A stretch of DNA of 64,000 bases from Piromyces finnis finn. Its lineage: Eukaryota; Fungi; Neocallimastigomycota. Where the stretch lies: positions 992,001 through 1,056,000 of the forward strand of contig MCFH01000004.1 in the NCBI GenBank assembly GCA_002104945.1, given 5' to 3'. Both the position numbers and the translations under genes were made by a program. Position 1 is the first letter of the stretch; each line of letters opens with the position of its first letter. The notes under the pieces were generated by a model. That model saw nothing but the letters and a program-made list of their open reading frames with translations, was not told the DNA's origin and did no database searches. Of this stretch, positions 1 through 12,309 are shown piece after piece.

Positions 1-2757
1 TTTAACATATTATATGAATTTTATATTATAAATATCAAATTATATATTTTTTTATGAATTAAAATAATTTACCTGTTAGTTGCACCACCTGGGTATAATT
101 TAATGGCATTGATTAAAGTAGCAGTTTCCTTAACAGACCATGGTAACTTTTTAGTCTTTTTCTTATTTTCTTCCTTAATCTTTAATTCTCTAGAAGCCAT
201 TTCTCTTTCCTTTTCTTTAGCCTTTTCAACTTCAGCATTATACTAAATATCATATAACATTATTTCAATTTTTAACATATTATTACAATAAAAGGAGTTA
301 ATATCATCAATTTTTGTAAAAAAAAAAAAAAATAATAATAATAATAGACATAAAACATATATAAAACACATACTAATTCATCAAGATAGTTAGATGCTTC
401 GCTGACATTAGACTTGATTTTTTCTTCAAATTGTTTACTAAAGTCAGTTAAATCTTCAAGAGACATGTTATCCATAACTCTTTCAATTTTGGTAATTTGT
501 AAATCAATATCATCAATAGTGGCTTCCTTTTCACCCATAACATAGTTGGAATCCTTTAATAAGTTTCTGACATTCTTTTTTTCTTTTTTAATTAATTTCT
601 TTTGTTGTTCACGCTTCTTTTTTTCTTGATTTTGCTATAGATAGATAGATTCATATAATTTATTAAAATCTCTTTTAAAAAAAAAAGGACAGTATTACAA
701 GTATATACAATAATAAAAGAAAATAAAATTTACCAATTCTCTTTCTTTTTCTTTTTCTTTTTCATCCGCTAATCTTTTAGCTTCTTCTTTCTTTCTTTCT
801 TCTTCTTCAGCTAATCTCCTAGCTTCTTCCTTTTCCTTTCTTTTAGCTTCCTTTGCTAACTTATCATCATTTTTAAATTTCTTTAATCTTGGATCTGATC
901 TTGAAGCATTATCTATATATATAATTAACAAATAGATAAATTAATAACCCAATTCAAAAAAAAAAAAAAAATGCTTGAATATCAAATTTTTTATTTTTTT
1001 TTTTTTTTTTTTTTGCACCTTCTATACTAAAAAAAAATCTTAAGTATATGAGGTAGAAAAAGGTATAGATATATATATAAATTGTATGTATAGATCATCC
1101 TTCCCTAATGTCTAGAGAATACTTACCAACTAATCTAGTGATACGTTGATTATCTTCCTTCTTCAATTTAGCTCTAGCAGCCTTATTCTTTTTATCGTAA
1201 TAACGTTTATCATAACGACTATTCCAATAATAATGATAATAATAAAATAAATACACGAATGATAATTTTAGCATAATGTTTTAATTATATTGATCATTTA
1301 AAATTTTCGATTCTTGCTTTGAATTAGATGTATTTAATAATAATGATGATGATAATGATAATATATATATATTTAGTAATTACTTTTCAAATCCTTCTTT
1401 TTCTTCTTCATCCTTATATTCAAATGATCTCCAGGAATCAAAGTTATACCAGAATCTATAAAATTCTTCAACTTCTTGACGTGGTGTATTTTCATCACCT
1501 AAACTTGGTACAGGTTGAATATTACTGAAACTATTTATTATTATGGTGGTGTTTTTATAATATTTATAATTTGAACAAAATAATAATATTAATACAATGA
1601 ATCCAATGTATTATTATCTACGATTAAAATAGTTTCACATAATAAATAACATTTTCTTACCGAGCATTATTATCAAAAGTTACTCTAAATTCGTCATAGA
1701 AATCTTCTGCATCACACTTATCTGGAACATATTCATCAAAGGTTGGATCAACAGAATCAAATTGACGACGTCTAACTGGATCACCTAAAATTTCCCAGGC
1801 TAAAAATAGAAATAAAAAGAAATTGCTATAAGTATTGACTTTTTCTTTTTCCAAGCGTATTTCTTCAACATACAAAACTCTTTTTCTTCAACATTTAATA
1901 TTCATCAAAATATTATTTTTTATTCAAATCGTATAAAATAATATCATACCCTTTTGAATGCATTTAAAGAAGTTATCATCGTTGGTATTACCAGAAGAAG
2001 CTTTTTTATCAGGGTGGTGCTTTAAAACCTTTTTTCTGTCTATATATTATATAGAATTGAATATGTGTATGTACATATATATAAAAGATATTTAATAAAT
2101 GTTGATTTTTTTAATTAAAAAAAAAAAAACTCTTTTTTATTGAAATAAAAATGCATACAAGCTTTTTTAATTTGTTCTTCAGTAGCTTTGTAACGAAGAC
2201 TTGAAATACCCAAAACTAAATAGTGATCTTGTTCCTTTTTTTATATTAAATGTAATATCAATTTTTTTTAAAAATTTTTTTTAAAATATAGAAATAAATA
2301 TTTATTTATAAATAATGTATATATATATATATTTAATGTTAATATTATAAAGTAATTAATTTCATTAATCGGCTGTTTTTAAAATTATAAAAAATAGTTT
2401 TAAAATATTCAAACTACTCAATATTTTAAAACTTATTAAAATTAAAAAAAAAAAAAATCTTTGTGATTCTTTAAATAATACCTTCCAATCTTTTGGATCT
2501 AAAGTAAATAAAATGTCTGGTTCTTCTTCACTTTCAACATTGTCATTTTCTTCAACGGTTTCCTTTAAAACACTTTCAATTTGTAAATCTTCAGAATAAG
2601 TACGCTTATGCTTCTTTCTTCTAATATAACCAAAAAGTGATTCCCCGACAGGTTGAACATTTTTTTCTTCAACATTTTCAAGTTTTCCTAAAACAACCTG
2701 ACTTTTGTCGTTATCCCAGTCATCTGGTACTGAAGGTAAAGTAATGGATAAAACCAT
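1..2757 (-). CDS. ZUO1: Zuotin / DNAJC2 (MPP11)-type ribosome-associated J-protein; multi-exon, 3' end runs off the window start
   Basis: Exons encode [11 protein letters not shown]..., [30 protein letters not shown], a J-domain with HPD (LKHHPDKK), [49 protein letters not shown], a KE-rich linker and the start of a SANT/Myb domain ([20 protein letters not shown]). Confidence 0.9.
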
Positions 2758-3364
2758 TTTCTTTAGTGATTAATGCAATTATATATGGATTTCATTGGTA
2801 TAATAAACATATTCAAAAGTATATATTTTATATTCAATATTTTATTATTTTAAGGTAATACATAAACAAAATAGATATAATAAAAATATATATATATAAT
2901 TAATGTTTTGTTTTTAAAAAACATAAATCATTAAAAAAAATATCAATAATATCCATATTTAAAGAAATTCACCAAATTTCATTCTAATCATAAATGGATT
3001 ATCATTTATTTAAAAAATAAAAATTCTAATTTCATTTATTATTTATTTCATTTTACTAATTTTATACAAAAAATCTTTTTTTTTTTTTTTTTTAACAATC
3101 TATTATTATAATAAACATTTATTGAATAATATTATTGATAATTGATATTTAATATTTAATATTGATTTTTCTATTATAAAATATATATTAATATTAAATT
3201 TTAATTTAAAAATAAAATTAAATATATATATATATATATAATTATTTATATTTCATCTTTTACAGTTATATAAATTCTTTACATGTATAAAACATATAAA
3301 TATTTATAACATTTAAATCTCAAAAAAGTTTACCTTTTCAAAATTTTACAATTTAAAACTATTG

Positions 3365-3366
<2 letters not shown>

Positions 3367-3415
<49 letters not shown>

Positions 3416-3947
3416 TTCCGAGTGCATTTCTCCCATCGATCAGAGTTAGCTCCAATGGTGGTTCTTAGAGAAACGTTGGCTCATTCCTATTGCTAGGTGG
3501 TTGTGACCCTCCTGGTCTGTCATACTGTTTCTTCAGCTTCGACGCTCACTTAATCCATGTACATTAGATGCATGTCGTTGTACGATATTTCACAACTACA
3601 ATGCTAAGCCTCTTATAGTCAATTTGATCACGTGTCAACCGCCCCCTAATGTTTACACTTAAATTGATTAAGGAATATTATGTGTTTTTGGCATAGCCTA
3701 AGTCACCACTTATTAAGTTCTAATTTGGAATGTACCATGTACACTAGACCCTCTCAGGCCGGCTAGACGAGTGTTATTATCATAGTAGTAAATTAGAAAG
3801 TTCATTTATACTTACCTGAATATCATAACCCAACCCATGGCAAACCCAGTGGGAAAATCCACAGGCACTGACATCTGCGGGGTCGAACCAGAAGCCTTAT
3901 GTATGCTAAGGAAACGCCTTAACAACCAGGATAAAAACTGGAACGAC
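3367..3947 (-). mobile_element. tRNA-head SINE-like retroposon (element A), ~535-nt body plus poly(A)
   Basis: GC-richer island in AT-rich DNA. T47 at 3366-3412 is a poly(A) tail on the minus strand. A 13-bp direct repeat TAAAACTATTGCT flanks it (3354-3366 and 3948-3960). The head contains a B-box-like GGTTCGACCCC and is 61/69 identical to 9396-9464. Confidence 0.85.
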
Positions 3948-4626
3948 TAAAACTATTGCTTATTAAGAAAATTATTGAAAAAAGAAAATTTTTTAAATTT
4001 TTTTTTTTTTTTAATACACTTTTTAATAAAATTTTAATCAAATAATTTTAAAGATTTCATTACATATAAAAGTTTTGTATACATTTTAAAAGGTATGAAA
4101 ATAAAGATTTCCTTATTTAACTAGTTTATTAATTAATAAATATAGATGATGCATCGTATCCTTATCTATATTTATATAAAAAGAATTACAATTGTTTTCA
4201 ATAAAAGAAAGTATGATTTATCTACACACTACAATAAAAAAAATAAGTTTATTTTTTTTTTCATAATTATTAATATATTTTTTGTTTTATTTTAATTCAT
4301 TTTATTTTATTTTTCTATTTATTTTTTGTATTTGTTTTTTTGTTTTTTGTATAGAATAATAACAGTATAATATTAATATTTGAGTATTATTAAATACGTC
4401 CATGGATTGATCTTAAATTTTTCAATACTGTTATTAATTAAACAAAATAAAAATAAATAAATAAATAAAATAGAGAGCTTCTTGAAATATTAAGATATGT
4501 TTAAATTATATTATTGTGTGATTTGAAATCTAATTTTTTACATGATATATGTAGAATCAAAAATAGTTTGTATATTTCTTTATAAAAATAAACATAGAAT
4601 AAAATTGTTAAAACTCAACAAGTATA

Positions 4627-4658
<32 letters not shown>

Positions 4659-4958
4659 GTTATATTATTTGCTTTGTTTTTGTTTTCTATTCAATCACCT
4701 GCGTATTATATAATTATTGGTAAATTTCTTTTTTATTTTTTAATTTTTACTTTTTTTTTTTTTTATTATTATTATTATAATGAACTTTTTTTGTTTTTGC
4801 TTTTGTTTTTATTTTTAATTTGAGTTTTATTTGTAATTAAATGATATCATCTCCAATAAAAATCTATTATCTTTGTTGTTGTTAGTATGATTTTGTGGTA
4901 TATATTCATTAAAGTTTTTTCAAAATTTACCGTTCCATTATATCAATTAACAATACAG

Positions 4959-6041
4959 TTAATTACTAGAACCATGAATATCATGAATAGATTCTATGGT
5001 GATATTTTCAATACTATTAGATTTAAATTGAACTGCGCTTTTAATATTTGATATATTAGCATTTATACTAGCAATATCATGACGAGAATTACTCTTTACA
5101 ATTCCACTACCACTGTAATTTGAAATCGTATCTCTTACTGGTTCAAATGTTGATTGAGCAGGTTGTATAGGTGAAATACCTTGACTATTAACAATTGAAT
5201 TTGAATTTTTGTAATTTTTAGAATCTGCGCTTGTATACGAATCTATACTTTTATTGGAATATTCATCTTTATTTACTTTTCCTATTGAAGGTGGTAAAGC
5301 AGGTAGCATTGTTGGTGATTGAGTTAAAGGATTACCAAGACTTATATTTTGATTTATACTTGAAGCAGATGACATACTTATATTGTTACTAGATGCATAA
5401 CTACTTCTATTTAAAAATTGTGGTATATTGTTATCACTGTTATTGCTTAGCAAACTTGTTAATGAATGATGTTTATATATTTTAGTACCAAAGGTAGGTA
5501 ATAAATATTTATCTTTTTTTGTTACTTCTTCTATAAATGGTTGAACATCTACTATGTTATTTAATGATGGATTTAAATTAAGATTTGATATATTATCTAT
5601 CGATGTATCGGATAACACAGAATTTCTCTTATAAATTTTTTCTTCCTCAGTTAAATAATCATCTTCTTCATCACTATTTTTATTAAGTTTCTGTGAGTTT
5701 ACCTTTTTTTGATGTTCTTTATTCATTTCATAAAGCAATGTTACTTCATTTGCAGGACTTCCTGATTCAATATCTTTAATATTATCAGCAGTATCAAACT
5801 TTTGAATATTTGATATATTTACACCATCTGTGATATTACCTGGTGCAAGTACATTTTGATCTATAATTAAATTTTGCATATAAACAATAAAAATTAATAT
5901 TGACAAATGAAAACTTTATAAATATATAAAATATTTTAATCTATGATAATTTTGTAAATATAACTTTTTGAAATTATTAAAATACAGATAGAATTAGATT
6001 TCCAAAATTATTAAAATTCCTATCGTATTTTTACATTACAT

Positions 6042-6075
<34 letters not shown>

Positions 6076-7143
6076 ATCAATTATTTAAAGACTTACCATA
6101 GGCAATAGGTAAAGAATCATGATCATAATAAAATGGATCATCAAAATAATTTATTATAATTCCCCACCATGATCCTCCTAATTGTGGATTTTTTACAGCC
6201 CAATGATATATAACCCAAGCCATTGACGAGAAAATGAAAGCACACAAAACATCAATACTATAGTGATATGAAGACATAATTAATGTAAACATACCCACAA
6301 CATTAAAAATTGTAACTATAATATTAATCCATGTTTGTTTACAATAATACCAATATTCCATAATAATTAATGTAAACATAATTGTGTGACCACTATTAAA
6401 AAAAATATTTATTAGATAATTAATAAAATGGAATTTTTAAAATATATATATATTTATATGTATATATTTTGAAAGTATTAACTATCTTTTTCTTTTCTTT
6501 ATACATAATCAAATAACTATTTCTTTTTTTTTTTAATTTCTTATTAATTTCTATTTTTGGGTTTTATCTCTTACCTAAAGAATACGTCACCACATGCTAC
6601 ACGAAGTTGCAATTCTAATAAAAGTGCATCTAAAAATATATTATCATCATCTTTATAAGTTTTTTCACATGCAACCCATGGAGTAGGTAATACTGTCAAT
6701 GGAATAAAACAAGCACGTAATAGATATACAAATCCCATAACTAACAAAATTCTTCTAGCCACCGTAAATGAGTATTCTTTTAATGTAATTGCTCTTATAA
6801 TAATAAATGCACTTGTTGTACGAACCATTAAATCGGCAATATCTCTAGGTATCCATTCATTTTCAAGATAAAATTTATGAGCAAATTCCAATATTATATC
6901 TGGTGCTACATAATCATTATTATTACCATTAATAACGTTGGTATTGGTTCTATCCGCATATGAATTTGCTAAACAAACAACATATGTACAAAAGAAAAAC
7001 CAGATAGCTGCATATAATGTAAATACTATATCTCTATTATTTCTATATATTATCAAATATGGTTTTATCTTTTTAAACAGTGTTTTTTTATTATCATTTA
7101 TAATAAGCGTATCAGATACTTTTTCTACTGTTTCCTGTTCCAT
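4959..7143 (-). CDS. Sphingomyelin synthase family (SMS/PAP2-like) choline/inositol/ethanolamine phosphotransferase with a long Ser/Asn-rich C-terminal tail
   Basis: Three exons (7143-6575, 6392-6098, 5860-4959) joined in frame by GT-AG introns. They rebuild the SMS motifs CGDVFFSGHT and HYSIDV, with several hydrophobic TM segments and an upstream TVLPTP...C motif. Confidence 0.85.
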
Positions 7144-8971
7144 TTTAAAGAAATTCTATTTTTCTACTCAAAAAAAGATATTTCTTTTTTTTTTTTTTTT
7201 TTTTTTTTGAAAAAATGTTTTACTTATTTAAATATAAAAATATATAAATATGTTTGTTTTTTTTTAATATACAAATTATTTGTATTTAAGAAATAACTTT
7301 TAAATAATATTAAACTTGATATATATCTTAAAATACAATATTATAATAAATACAAAGAATTTAATATATGAAATAGTTAAGATATAATGTATATATAAAA
7401 TTTAATTTGTTTAAATATTTTAATTGATTATATGTTTTCTTTTGATATGTTACAATATATTATATATTTAAAGATATAATATTTTTATAGGTTATACTCT
7501 ATATTTCAAAAAAAAAAAAAAAAAGAAATTTGGATATAAATATATTAATATGTTATTTTTAAATCAATGTTTAGAAACTTACTATCTTACTATTATATAT
7601 ATATATTTTTTGAGATATTTTGATAATTTTATAATCCTTTAATATTACATATATTTAATCAATATAAAAATATTTATTTATTTTTTAGTTTAGTTTATAA
7701 GATAGTCTTCTTTCTTTATTACATATAATTGAATTTTTTTCTTCATATAGTTTTTTTTTTTTTTTAATTATTACTTTCTCAAAATTTTACTGTTTTTTTT
7801 TTTGTTTTTTATGATTTAGTAAGTTGATTTGCGTAATAAATAAAACAAAAAAAAAAAAAAAAAGATAACACAGTTTTTGATTATATATATATTTCAATTT
7901 TCCGTTATTTTTGTTTTTCTATTTGCATTTAATGATTAGATATTACTTAAACTTGTTGGTTATCTAATTAAAAAAATAGAGAACTATTTTTATTGTATCA
8001 AATATTTCAAAATTCTTATTTATTATTTAAACTATTTTTCATTATAGAATGGTACTTTTTTTTTTTTTAATTTTAATATTTATATTTGTTTTTCAAATGA
8101 AGCGTTATATTACACACTAATAATTTTATATTGGTATAAAAGATATGTTTTTTTTTATTATCACTTTTTTTTTTTTTTTAGTATTTTTATATTTTTTAAT
8201 CTCTTTTATTTTTTTCTATTAATTTTAAAATAATAAAAAAAAAATCTTTTAAAAGAAATCTATTATTTTTTTTTCAAAAAAAAAGGAAAAAAAAAAAGTT
8301 GCGTAAAACTTTAATAAAATATAAACAAAAAATATTTGTTATTTGTGACTAAAAGTTAAATTTTCATATTCCACAATAAAACAATAGCTACAAAATAAAA
8401 ATAGCTAATCCTATTTGACTTATATAAAAAAAATATTCTACAGCATTTGTAACCTATAGAATGATGGTAGAATTACAAATAAGAATGGTAAAACAATTCT
8501 GGGGGATAATAAAATGTATTACGATGAATTTTTATCTTTTTTGAATATCTTACATACTATTATGCATATTATATCATAGGAATATAATTCTTATTGAAAT
8601 ATAAATTAACATATGAAACAAATAAAGGTGTTGATGAGTTACAAAATTATAACTATTAAAGTTTATCTATATAATATATTATGTTTTTATTCCAATATAT
8701 TACATTAATTATTTAAATAAATCTTTTAAAAAAATCACCATCATGTACATTTTTGATATTGAATTATATATTTCAATATAATAAATATATAATAAATAAA
8801 ATTATTATAATCATAGTTGATTATAATATATTATTAATATATTATTTAACTAAAATGTTATTTTTTTGTTTTTTTTTCCTATTGGTTGTTTTTTCATCAT
8901 TTAAAAGTTTAAAAATTATTTACTTTTTGAATAAATAAATAAAAAAGTGACAACTTTATCTGCGATGGAAT

Positions 8972-9941
8972 AAAGTTTGGTTAAAAGCTTGTGTTTAGGG
9001 GTAAACAGACTTAATGAATTTAAATAATATTTTATAAAATAATCATAATTCTTTTGTTTTTTAAGCTTATTTATTTAATAAATGAATAAGCTGTAAAAGA
9101 ATAAATTTTATTATATTATTTAAAGGTCATTAAATAATAAAAATTTTTTTTAATTTTTATTTAACTCTTGGGAGGGTCTGAGAAAAACCCGCAAAGTGTC
9201 CTTGAGGGACTTCGTATTAACAAATTCATAATTTATTATGAATGTATACGAGTGGATCACCAGAAAGCGAAAAATTGGAATAGGATCTACGGGTGTAATG
9301 CTGGAAGTTCAATACGCAAGACATTTAATAATTTTTTATTATTAAATGAAACTCAATTCAGACTACTCTTTGACCAAATTTTTTCAAAAAAGAAAGTCGT
9401 TCCAGTTTCTATCCTGGTTGTTAAGACCCCCGCTTAGCATTCATAAGGCTTCTGGTTCGACCCCCGCCATTGACAGTTCTTTAGCGATTTTCCTGTTTCA
9501 GGTTTGCGCTTAAAGTATAGGGGTTAAAGGTCAATTCAGGTAAGTATAACTATACCACCGGACTCTACCCTAAGCAGTTAATTCAGATTGGTAGTTTTCT
9601 CCGTATCAAGCGGTTTTCCCACTGAAGTTTAGAGTATATGTAGGAAGGGGTATCAATTAATTCACAGATTACTAACTATGATCTTTGAGGGTTGTTCTCA
9701 TCGTTAATCATCCTTCGCCAATAAAGGTTCAGGAGATCACTGGTGTTGGTAGCTCGGTCTTTGTGTGATAGGATCGTTAAGAGCAATAAGCCATTCCATA
9801 TTAGCCCTGCCCAGAGGGATGATTGTGCCGACGTCGTTCTGATATGGCAATGTACAATAATGTACAATCACATACCATATATAACTCAGGGGGTTAGATG
9901 AGGATATATGGAAGTCTAAAAAAAAAAAAAAAAAAAAAAAA
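8972..9941 (+). mobile_element. Composite SINE-like retroposon (element B): ~424-nt 5' extension, then tRNA-like head at 9396, body and poly(A)
   Basis: Poly(A) at 9918-9942. A 14-bp direct repeat ATCTGCGATGGAAT lies at 8958-8971 and 9942-9955. The head at 9396-9464 matches element A, with B-box GGTTCGACCC at 9454. Confidence 0.8.
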
Positions 9942-11851
9942 ATCTGCGATGGAATGGTGATGGTTGTTGAATAGCATCCTTATTAAGAATGAAAATAGTA
10001 GAAAAAAAGGTAGAAAACATCAGTATAATAAAAATATGATGTTAATACTAAGTAATTATTAAAATGATAAAGATAGAATTAAGCATTGTCCTACACTCTA
10101 ATGCCATCATTTAGATGTAACTTTAATATGCCAATAATGGACTGTCATCCATAGGATTTAAATAATGATAGAAAAAAGTATAATTCATTGCAGGAATAAA
10201 CAAAAAAAAAATTAAACTTTGAAACAAATGAAATATAAAATTCTAATTTATTTTAATTTTAATAGTACTATCTTTATTTTCTCTTTCAATATTTCATTCA
10301 CCTTCCTTCCACTTTAAGCAGCTGTCATTTATTACGAATTTACCTTTCCAGTTGAAATTTAACAATATAAAAAACTTTATGTTGTATGCCAACCTTATTA
10401 TTTTTATTGTGTTAAATTACAAGTTATGATTTCTATTGGTCAAAGTTTAGAAATGTATACATTACTTTATACACCGATGCAACATAAAAAATTTTAATTT
10501 AAAGTTGACGATCACCACGGAATATTCGATTTAATTCCATTTTTATAATTTTTAATTTAATAAAAAAAAGGGAATGATAATATTTTTAATTAAATTTTTT
10601 GGGTATTTTTTAAAATTAGTTAAAAGAGATATTTAGTAGAATAAAGTATATTATTTTATAATACCTATCTTTTTAGCTTCTTCATACAGTATGATAGTTA
10701 ATACTCTTTTTTATCTATTATTACTTATAAAATGGTTTATACCCTTGCAAATCTTGATGTAAGATGATTCAAACAAAGGATATTTAAACCAATGACTATA
10801 AACTATTTTTTATCTTAATTTATATTATATTAAAGCATAATATATAAAACAATACTTTTTTTTTTTTTTTAATTTATTTTAATTGCTTAAAAGAAAAAAA
10901 TTATTAATTAAAATTTATTATTAAAAACCCATATCACCACCACATCTGTAAAATAAAATATTATTTGAAAGGGTAAAAGGATGCAGAAAAATAAAAAAGA
11001 TCTAATATAATAATAACAATAAATAGAATAATAATAATAATAATGATAATTAGAATAATAATAATAATAATAATAATTGTACTATTTTAACTATTTTTAT
11101 TTTTAATAAAATAATTAATGACTTGTTAGGCATAAATATTATTGTATCATAGAAAATGCTATAATAAATAAATGCAACTAATCAAATCAAAGATGATCAA
11201 AGAATTATATTAACAAGAATATTCCATAAATTAATATTTAAATATTCTTATAAATGATATCTTTAACATAATATTTAAATATATTTAAATATAAAAAAAA
11301 AAACACATACACACAAAAATATGTAATGGTTTGCTAGTTTTGAGTTATTGTTGTTGCTGTTGTTGTTGCTGTTGTTTCCTATATAAGCATTCCTATTATT
11401 TTAAATTTATTTTTTGTAAAAAAAAAAAAAAGTTGTATTGATGGCTATAGAAAATAAAAAAAAAAAGTTCATTCTTTTTTTTTCTTTTCTTTTTTTAAAT
11501 TTGTAAGATTGAGTCTTTAATTAATTTATATGGAATAGAATAATGCTTTATTTATCTTTTATATAACCCACCCACCATAAATATATTTTTGCAATCCAAA
11601 AAGTTTAAAGCTTTTACCCATTGAAATATGTAACAAAATATATATAAAAAAATATAGCATTAAAAATATATAAATAACTTTTATAAAATGTTACTTTTAT
11701 TAACCTGAATTAATGGTTTTTTTTTTTCTATTCTGAAAATTAGATTTATTTATGAATTTTAATACATAAATTATGGTTGACGTTTTAAACTATAATATTA
11801 GAATATGTCAAGTCATGTATTATTATTTGATTTGATATTACTAATAATAGT

Positions 11852-11911
11852 TTTATAAAATATTGTAGTATAAATTACTAATATAAAATTTATACTACAA
11901 TATTTTATAAA
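11852..11911. repeat. Perfect 25-bp inverted repeat with a 10-nt spacer (hairpin/cruciform)
   Basis: TTTATAAAATATTGTAGTATAAATT (11852-11876) is the exact reverse complement of AATTTATACTACAATATTTTATAAA (11887-11911). Confidence 0.9.
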
Positions 11912-12309
11912 TGTGTGAATATGTAAATGAAAAAAGATGTAAATGTATGATCCATAGAGTTCTTGGATAATAATTGAATAATTAGTTATTAAATCACTAT
12001 TATGGTAGGAATAATCTAGATAATATTTAGTACTGAAAAGATTCTTTTTGGTTTAAAATTTAGATAGTATATGACAATGTGTTGAAATGCTATAAATATT
12101 AAAATAAAATAACAATTTTTTTCATAAAACTAACCCATATCAATGAGGTGATCATGTGTTTTCAAATGAAAGGTTAATTAATTTCTATGCTTTCTAACCA
12201 TAAAAGTATACTTTAACATTTAATAATACTACAGAGGCTTTTTTTTTTTTTTTTTTTTTGTTCTATATATTACAGCTATTGTTGTTTTTATTGAATTATA
12301 TTTTATAAA

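Noticed and set aside
3808-3880. U1 snRNA gene (the + strand reads ATACTTACCTG)
   Set aside because: The similarity stops after 11 nt, and I see no U1 stem-loops or Sm site. It is the antisense of the SINE's splice-donor motif.
4959-5906. Independent 315-aa gene
   Set aside because: It starts at a non-ATG codon and joins in frame to the SMS exon through a canonical GTAAGT...TAG intron.
9168-9260. Hammerhead or HDV ribozyme in element B's 5' extension
   Set aside because: Two hairpins are present, but CTGAGAA does not fit the CUGANGA core and no matching GAAA/stem III or HDV pseudoknot could be built by eye. An Infernal/Rfam scan would settle it.
9396-9475. Functional tRNA gene
   Set aside because: The loop starts GC rather than Y-U, the acceptor and T stems are imperfect, and it is embedded in a poly(A)/TSD element. 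Treated as a tRNA-derived head.
9168-9867. ORFs 9168-9437 (+) and 9676-9867 (-) as genes
   Set aside because: They lie within the retroposon, have no recognisable motifs, and are expected by chance in GC-richer DNA.
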